Virus record (IMG/VR): IMGVR_UViG_3300032116_001119
Span: 1 to 26,845 of that record
DNA length: 26,845 nt
Source of the DNA: a virus
Lineage: Duplodnaviria; Caudoviricetes
Reading direction: 5' to 3' (one strand)
The position numbers were made by a program, and so were the translations under genes. Positions 17,100 through 26,200 of the stretch are shown one piece after another (the stretch's first letter is position 1; each line of letters opens with the position of its first letter). The notes under the pieces are model-generated. The model searched no databases, was not told the origin of the DNA, and saw nothing but the letters and a program-made list of their open reading frames with translations.

Positions 17100-17234
17100 A
17101 TGGAACAGATCGTTGCGAACGGCATTCAGACGGCCGTTGTCCTCTTTGGCCTGTTCGGCATCTTCTGGGCGGTCAAAATGATCGGCAAGGCCATGAGCGG
17201 CGGGCGCAAGGACGACGATCCGTCCGGCGGGTAG
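17100..17234 (+). CDS. 44 aa single-transmembrane peptide (MEQIVANGIQTAVVLFGLFGIFWAVKMIGKAMSGGRKDDDPSGG)
   Basis: AAGGA upstream; GC3-rich codons; fills the gap; below the ORF-track cutoff. Confidence 0.65.
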   Translation: MEQIVANGIQTAVVLFGLFGIFWAVKMIGKAMSGGRKDDDPSGG

Positions 17235-17276
17235 CGGTCCACTCCGGCTCCACATTCACCATGTTAGCCCTGCTGC

Positions 17277-20200
17277 ATGGCAGATGGCAGCAACTACACT
17301 CTCACCGAAGAAGAAATCCGTGCCGCATCCGAGCGCCTGAAGGCGCAGGAGGACGAGCGGCGTTCATACCGGCAGAAGTCATGGGACATGACCCAGCCGC
17401 CACCGGACCAAGCCGCTGAGGCGCTGGCTCTGGGCGGCAAGTTTGGCGTGCCTCGGCAAGCGGTCGAGGCTGATCCTGACTATTGGCGCCGCCGTGACAA
17501 GGAGGCCCAGGATGCGCTGATGCGCAGCGCCTCGCCGCGCGTCATGGCGTGGATGGACAACGCCGACAACTATGCCGTTGCGAAGGATGACGTAAGCCTC
17601 TGGTCCGACATTGAGCGCGGGTTCGGAGATATGGGCCGGGCATTGGCCGAGAACCCAGCCGGCGCTCTGGTAAAGACCGGCAACAACCTTCGCAGCGCGG
17701 TGCGCTCTGGCTGGTTGTCGATGAACAGCACGACTGCGGACATTGACCGCGAGCAGCTTGAGAAGGCTGCCGCGTACTATGACGCATATGACGAATGGAA
17801 GTCCCGCGAAGACCAGCGCAAGGCCGAGGGCAAAGGCGGCTGGCTGAACCGGATTGCCATGCAGCCGATTACGCCCCGGCTTTACCTGCCCGGCGATTCT
17901 GACCCAATGCCCCAGCCGTCTGACCGGCTGATCCGCGAAGCCATGAAGCCGGGGCAGGCGTCGTGGCAGAAGGTGCTTGGTATTCCGGGGGCTGAGTACC
18001 GCAACGATCCTGCTACGGCGATCAATGCGATCCGTCCCATGATCGAGGATGCCATGCGGGACGCAGTGCGCGTGTCGCAGGAAAAGGACGCCGCTGCCGA
18101 CGCGGCCATGCCGCAGACCGGAAACTTCGTGGCGGATAACCTGCTGGCCGGCATCCGGTCGCTGACTGAAATGGCGCCGCTGGTGGCGTCTGCCATTGCG
18201 ACACGGGGAAAGACTGTGCCGGCTGCCGTGATGGGCGGGCAAGTATACTACAACGAGTTCTCGCGCGGGCGAGATGCCGAGCTTGACCTTTCCGACTCCA
18301 CGAACCGCGCGCTCTTGCAAGCAGGTGTTGAGACGATCTCGGAGCGTATCTCGCTCGGCATCATTGACGACATGCTGAAGTCCGATCGCGGCATAGTCCA
18401 GCGGTTCGTGGGCGGCATGATTGCCGAGCAGGGACAAGAGCAGATTGCCACGATGGGCAGCCGCCTTGTGGACTGGGCCTATCTCGATTCCGACAAGACG
18501 CTGGACCAGTTCCTTGCCGAGACGCCGCGCTCGATGGTGCAGACCTCGCTTGCCACTTTTGTTGCCTCCGCAGGGATGCAGGGAACGTTCCTGGCGGTCG
18601 ATGCGATCACGCAAGGGCTTGCCAAGGAGTCGGTGTTTATCCAGCCCTCTGCAAACGAGAAGCGGCTTTCGACCTTGATCGACAAGGTGAGCGGCGCGAA
18701 ACTCTCCACCCGCTCCCCCGAGAAAGCCGCAGAACTGGCAGGCAGGCTCACTGAAGGCACAGACCTTGAGACTGTCACAGTGGATCTGGACGGCGTGGCG
18801 AGCGCCTTGCAGCAGGCTGGCATTGATCCGGCTGAGGCGTTGTCTGCGCTCGGCGTGACCGAGGAGCAGCTTGCCCAGAAGTACGAGCGGTTCGGTGAAA
18901 TCGAAGTCTCGACGGCTACACTCATCACCTCGCCCCTGATGCGCGAGAACCGGCAGCTGGTCGAGCCGCATGTCAGGGCGGGCAGCGATCAGTACACCCC
19001 GGCCAAGAAAGAAGCGCTGCGCACCGAGTTTGACGCTGAAGTCAAGGACGGCGTGGCGCGGATACAGGAAGCCATCGACGGCGGCCGTGCGCTGGTGGAG
19101 AAGGAACAAGCCGTTGTGGACCGCGTGCGTGAGCGCCTGTCAGGCTCCGGCATGTTTCCCGAGCGCGTCATGCTGGACAAGCAGGTCGCTATTCAGGCCG
19201 CGACGGTGAACACGTTCGCAAAGCGCCTCGGCGTCGATCCGGTCGAGTTCTACGAGCAGCACTTCCCGAAAATCCAGGGCTCCATTGACGGGATGGTGAT
19301 GGAGGAGAATGCGCTGGAGCAGGCCCGCACCGAAGGCTACGAGGGCGAGGACCGGGGCGAGGCTGTTTCATGGCTCGCAGCGAAGCGCAAGGGCCTTGAT
19401 ATGTCCGTTGAGGGTCGGATGGCGCGGGCGAAGGAGATGGGGTTCGATACGGAGACGGTGCTGTATCATGGCACGGACAAAGCAGGCTTCGACAGCTTTG
19501 ACGTAAATGCCCCCGAGAGCGCGCGAAGCGAAGGCGAGGAGGCCGTATTCCTTACAAACAACCCGACGAAGGCGTCAACATTCGCGGGCATTAAAAACCA
19601 AAGCATTATGCCACTTTACGTCCGTGGCCGGATCAAAACACTCAGCGCAGAAGACGTGCCAGAATTGGAAATTGCAGACGGCACCGGCCAAATGGCATAT
19701 CACTCAAAAACATTTTCACGCATCCTCGCGCAAGCCAAAGCGGAAGGCTTTGACGGCGTTCGGTTCAAGAATGTTAACGAAGGCGCGGTTGGCGACCAGA
19801 TCGCCATCTTCGACCCCTCCAACATCCGCAGCGTCCATGCCGCCTTTGATCCGGACAATGCGGGGAGTGCGAACCTGCTGGACCAACTCATCGGCTCGAA
19901 AGCCAAGTCCGCAGACAAGGCCATCCTGAACCGCGCAAAGGCAATGGCGAAGGAGAAGGTCAAGAACGACAAGGGCAAGAAGGTCCCGAAGTACACCCGC
20001 CAGCAAATCTGGGACGAGACGGCGAAGCTGGGCCAGCCTTGGTATCAGGACGACAACGGCGACTGGATCAGCGAGATCGAGGACGGCACGATTGTCGTCA
20101 AGGACGCCAAGGGCCCGCTCAGTGAGGTCATTGAGTTCCCGAGTCTCTATGCTGAGTATCCAGCGCTGACGAAGATGAAGGCTGATACTCGCAGCAAGGT

Positions 20201-23200
20201 AAAGGTGCAGGAAGAGGGGGGTAAAGACTTACCGGGCACCAAAGGTGTGTTCACGCCCAATCCGTTCTTGTTCGGCGCGCACGTACGAATTTCAGACCGG
20301 GGCAAGAACAGCCGCGAATACACCGTCACGCACGAACTGCAGCACGCGGTTGATCATCTCGAAAACCGCGAGATGGGCCGCAACAAGCCATACCTTCTCA
20401 AAGACACCGAGCGGCGTGCGTTCAATACGATGTACCGCCGCCTGTGGACCATGGAAGAACGGATCGCTACCCCGCCATGGAAGACCGAGCAGGAGGCCAT
20501 CGACTGGATGATGGGCCAGCGGGACTTGAATGCCGACGCTGCTAAATTTGCCAAAGACGGAACATTTGATCCCGGTTCGACGATCCGGCCGCCTGAACAG
20601 ACAATGCCGAAGACTCGCGAGGACGAAAACGTCCCTACTGGCGCGCGCGAACGAGACTTGGCAATGCCGAAAGAACTCGTCCGCGGTATCCATTATGGCG
20701 ACCGCGTGCCTCGCGCAGACTTGAAAACCTACGCCCCGCCAGCGGGTTTGCTTGGCCGCACGTTCCTGTCGATCCGCGACCTGATGCGGTCTGCGGCGAA
20801 GAATGAGCGGATTGCGGAGGTTTTGACCGGCCTTCAGAGCCCAGCAAAGGGTGAATATGTTTTTCGTGCTGACTTGCCCAAAGGCACGACTGGTTACGAA
20901 ACCATCCGCACAAAGATAAAAATTGGTGCCAACTTTGAACCGATCGCAATGATTGGGGAGGGAAGCCAACAAGCCGATGAAAGAGTTCGGTCGTTGATGC
21001 AGGCGATCGGGGCGACGCCCGAAGAAGCAGAGGTTTTGAGAATTGCCATCGCCCGCGACATGGAGGGTCCGGACGCTGTTCTGAAGTCACTGGACCAGAT
21101 GGTCAAAAATCGGCCTGACCTGATCAACAATCAGGATGTTGGCAGGCTTCGCGATATGGCGCGCGGCATGTTAAAAACGTTAGGTGAGCCAGAAACGCGA
21201 TATACAGTTCCGCGCACGAAAGCCGAAGAAGCCAAGGAAGCCAAACGCCTCGAAGTCGCGCTGGCCGACAAGCTGCTCGACATGGACAAAACCATCGATC
21301 AGCAGCCTGCAAACGTCCGCACGTTCTTCGAGGAAATGATCGCTGAGCAGCAGTCACGCCCCGACCTGATCGCGGGCGGGTATGACTACACCCAGCCGGG
21401 ATATTTTGACGGCATGACGGCCGGCGCGCTGATGCGCTCGCTTGCTGAGGCGCAATTCTCCGAGTCCGGCATTCGTGACCCGATGATCGCCATGATCCAG
21501 CGTCTTCGCGCTGCTGGCATTGTGGGCGCACGGTATGTGCCGGGCGGGGTCAACACGGCAGAGGATGCCCCGCCACAAACCCAATCCATCGTCATCTTCG
21601 ATGAGCGCGCCCCGGTCCTGCTCACGGACCAGTCCGGCAACCTGATGCAGGAACGCCGCGGCCAGTTCTCCCCCGATACCAACACCGTCACGCTGTTCGA
21701 GCAGAGCGACGTGACCACGATGCTGCACGAGGGCGCGCACTGGTATCTTGACCTTGTGGAGAAAATGGCAAAGGCGCCGGACCCGCATCCGTTCGTGGTC
21801 GAACAATACCAGGCCGTGCAGAAATGGTACGAGGGCGTCAAGAGCACCCCAGCCCTCAAAGCCGCTCGCCTGAACTACAGGATACAGCAACAGGGCAGCA
21901 GCTTTGTGCTCTATGAGAAGGACGGCGCGAAAGAAAAACTGCGCGGCCGCTTCGCATCGCAGGCCGAAGCGGAAGCCCGCATCGACTGGATCGAGATGCA
22001 CGAGACATGGGCCGAGACGTTTGAGGTTTATGTGTATACTGGCAAGGCGCCTTCGGAAGCGCTTCGCAGCACCTTTATTGCTTTCAAGGATTGGATCACA
22101 AAACTCTGGAAGCGCCTGTATGGCAATGGCCAACCTGCCCGCGCAAACCTCAACCCCGAAGTCATCGCCATCATGGACCGGATGCTGGCCGTCGATGAGG
22201 AGATCGATGCTGCGGTTGCTGATGTTTTCATACCCTTTGAGGCACAGGCAAAAGCCCTTCGCGCGCAAGGCGCGCTGACGCAAAAGGAGTATGAAAGAGC
22301 GCTCGCCAACATGGACGACGCCCGTGAGAAGGCCAAGGAAGACTTCGGCGCGCGTGTCATGGCGGACAAGATGCGCGAGGACGAGGCGTGGTGGAACACC
22401 GAGAAGCGCAGGGTGCGGGGCGATGTTGTGCGGGAACTGGACCGCTCACCGATCGGGCGGGCTCTGTCATGGCTGGGCTATGGGCAGTGGAAGGGGGATG
22501 TGCCGGTTGGGGAGACTGAGCAGCAGGATGATGGCGCGGAGTTCTACCAATCCATCCGCGCCGCCACCCGTATGCCGATGCCAGAGGTGGACGCATGGGT
22601 GCGCGATAACGTCTCTGCCAACATCCAGACGTTCCAGAACGGCGATGAAAGCATGATGATGCAATGGCCGCTGACGGAAGACCCGGACGCGCCGACCGTG
22701 CTGATGTCGATCCGCCTGAACCGCAAGGGCCGGGCAGACGTGAACCTGTTCCTCGACAACAAGATGGCCGACGCGCTGGAGAACGTTGAGGACGTGAATG
22801 AGCGCCGGATGCTGGCGACCGAGATGTTCTCGCAGGCGGTCATGGTCATGCGCCAGTATGCGGCCGAGACGCCGGACCTGAAGGCGTTCAATTTCATCGC
22901 GGCTGAGAGCCAGGCCGAAGGCACGAAGGCCAAGTCCCGCGAGGAGCTTTATCGGTTCATGCTTTCCACGCTCAAGCTGGACGGCTATACTGCCTATGAA
23001 GTCACGGGCCAGATGAGCGTGGTGCGTGAGGAAGGCGGGGCCAAGATGGCTGATCCGCTGTTCACGCCGGGCTCAAGTTTCGTTCTGGTCAAAGATGGAG
23101 TTGACGCCAATGAGTTCGCCCGCACCGAAATTCTTCGCGGCTCTCAGAGAGGGGGCAGTGCCGGAGAAGTCGTCACAGCCCTCAAGGCCGTCCAGCTCAC

Positions 23201-26200
23201 TCGTCCCGCCCGTGGAGGAATGGGCCGAGGAGGACGTGAAGCTGGCGGACCTGATACTGGCGGCGTTGTAGGAGACCAAAATGCGCTTAACCAACTGGGA
23301 CCCCAACGCTCCGGAGACCGAGGAAGACGGGATCAAGGCCGAAGGTTTGCGCCGCTTGCGGGTGCGCCAAATGTCCAAGGCGCCAGCGGCCCAGACCAAA
23401 GGCTTGTCCAAGTCGCGGAAAGCTACGCGCAAGCCCAAGGCTTAGACCTTCGCCGGCAGGCTGAATACGCCCGCGTCGATCCAGAGCGCGCTGCCCGGAT
23501 TGCGCAGGCATACGAGGACATGCAGCACGCGCCGAACGATCCGGCTGTACGTGCTGCTTATGAGGACCTGATCCGCCAGACCATTGAGCAGTACCGAGCG
23601 CTTGAGGCGGCCGGCTATCGGTTCTGGTTCTTTGACGAGACCATAGACCCCTATGAAGGCAACCCGTGGAACGCGATGCGGGATCTGCGCGCCAATCAGC
23701 GGATGGGCGTGTTCTCGACTGTTGGAGGTTTTGGCTCCGGCGCCACTGACCTGAATGTGGAAGACAATCCGATGCTGGCAGAGACTGGCATCGAGTGGCC
23801 GGTTGGCTCTCTGGACGGCGAGATGCGTCCGGTACTGGCCAATGACTTGTTCCGCGCCGTGCATGATGCTTTTGGACATGGCCTGGAAGGCGCAGGCTTC
23901 CGCGCACAAGGCGAGGAGAACGCATGGCAGGCGCACGTCCGGCTGTTCACGGGACCGGCCGTGGGCGCCATCACAAGCGAAACACGGGGACAGAATAGCT
24001 GGCTGAACTTCGGCCCGTATGGCGAGGCTAACCGAACGGCCGCTGTCGAAGACACGGTGTTTGCCGATCAGAAGACCGGCCTCATGCCCGAGTGGACATG
24101 GACCGAAGGCCGCGTTCCGGACATGGATGACGGCGTTGTAGATAACTCGCTGGGGCAGCAGGGGGCTGAGCAAAAAACCCTGTTTGTTGCTCACAACACC
24201 AGCGAAGAAAAGCTGCGCAAGACGCTGGAACTGGGCGGCTTCCCGATGCCGTCTCTCGCCGTTGCGCGCACCGACAAGGGTGGGTTCCCGAGCTTCGGGG
24301 AGATCACTTTCCTTGCCGATCCAAAGCTGCTGGATGAGTCGGATGTGACGGCCTACGACGCCGATATCTACTCACCAACCGTGCCGGAAAAATATCCGAA
24401 GGTGAGCCCTGAGAAGGCCGGCGCATTTGTCAAGAAGGCGAAGGCGCTGATCCCGGAAGGCGCGATGATCCCCGAGTATCTGGGGTATGACGAGACCGAC
24501 CGTGATCTTCCTCGCACGCTGATGAATAGCGAACTGGTGCAGCTTGCCTACCTGTCAGAACAGGGCAAGGCGCCGAAGCTCAAGAAGCTCAAAGTGGCCA
24601 AAGAGGTCAAGGCGGCGCTGAAAACCGAATATGAATCGCCGGAACGCGCGGCCTTCGCGTTGGCATATTACACTCGCCTTGATCAGGAACTGAACGCGGC
24701 TCGTGCCGAGAAGGGCATTGAACCGACAAACATCTGGGTCGAGGATGATGGCTCAATCTCTTACCGGAACCAACGCAATTTTGACGACCTGATTTCCGAG
24801 GCGAAGCGCTCGCCATTTGATCAGAAGGCGTACAAATCAGAGCTTTACAACCGGACTATGGGATCGCTTGTTGCCCGCGAGAAGTTCGCCAAGTACACGG
24901 CAGAACTGGCCGGTGAAATCACTGAGAGCTATCGTATTTTCAAAGGCTTCACCTATTCCGGAAACCGCAAGTGGGTGCCGTTCAATCTTGAGAATGTGAT
25001 GGCCGAGATGCGCAAGGACCTGCGCGAAGGTAATCACGACAGCTTTGGTGGCACAGGGTCGATTCGTGCGCGGGTTGGCACTACGGCCATGCCAAAGATG
25101 AAAGACGTGCAGCGCAATCGTGACCGCATCGTTTCAGAAGACGAAATGCGGGCCATCAAAGATCGCCAATCTGAGCGGTTCATGGAACTGGCAAACGACA
25201 TTGCCAAATATTACAAGTTCGCCGCAACAGGCCTTCGCTATTACGACGCCGCTGCTGAGGCGATCGCTCTCGGCCCGAAAGAATGGCGCGAGAGTTTTGC
25301 TGCTGAAGCGCTGCCCGCGATCCGCGCTTATGTCGAAGAACTGAAGGCTCTGCCTACGGAATATTTCGAGGCCAAGGCCAACCGCGTCATGCAACTCGGT
25401 GACTTTGCTGCTGCTGTGGTTCCTCGCAACGTCAGTCCTGACATTCTGCAAGCCATTCGTGCGGCTGGCGTGGACGTTCGCTTCTATAAGCGCGGCGACG
25501 AAGCGGATCGCCTTCGAGCCGTGCAGCAAATGGAAGGTTTACTATTTCAACCCGGCGACCCCAAAGGCTGGGGCGAAACAGCCCCGCCTCCGGACCTCCC
25601 GCCGATGCGCCTCGACCTTGAGGCGACTGAGCGCTTGTATGGCAAGGAAGCCGTGGCCAAGCTGCCCAAGGCGATCCGCGACCGGGGCCGGGACCAGACC
25701 AGCATCGACAGCATGTTCGCCATTGCACGGGCCACTGCAAAGACGCTGCGCCGCAAACCGCCCAAGTCGCTGTTCCAGTTCATCCGGTCCCGCAAGGCCC
25801 GCACCGTCGAAGGCAAGACCGTCCCGGTCAAGCAATGGGGCATCCGTGGCGCGGCTGACGAACTGAAGGCCATGGACCGGGCCGACCTCATCAATGAGGA
25901 AAACGGCATCCATATCGACTACATGCGCGAGCTGGCTGAGGAAGCCGGGTATCTCTCCGAAGGCTCGACGGTCAACGACATGCTGAACGCGATCGACCGC
26001 GAGGCGCGGGGCGAGCCGGTGTATTCGAGCCAGGATCAGAACGAAGTCCTCGACTATCAGAACGCCGAGGAATGGGCGAACTGGTTTGACGAGCAGGGCG
26101 TGGACATCACCGAGAAGGACGAGAAGGCGCTGCGCGCCAAGCTGGCCAAGGTCGTCACCTCGACCGCTGCGGATGCCGTCACGCCGGACCAGGCCGCAGA

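Noticed and set aside
5352-19109. Long minus-strand ORFs (5352-7238, 7648-8730, 8859-10649, 12162-14402, 17379-19109; also 25542-26618)
   Set aside because: Antisense shadows of GC3-biased + strand genes; no recognisable motifs.
19309-19506. Another +1 nested ORF starting within the NALEQ motif
   Set aside because: GGAGG is only 3 nt from the ATG, the product is an Arg-rich shadow-type sequence, and the main frame keeps normal codon usage there.
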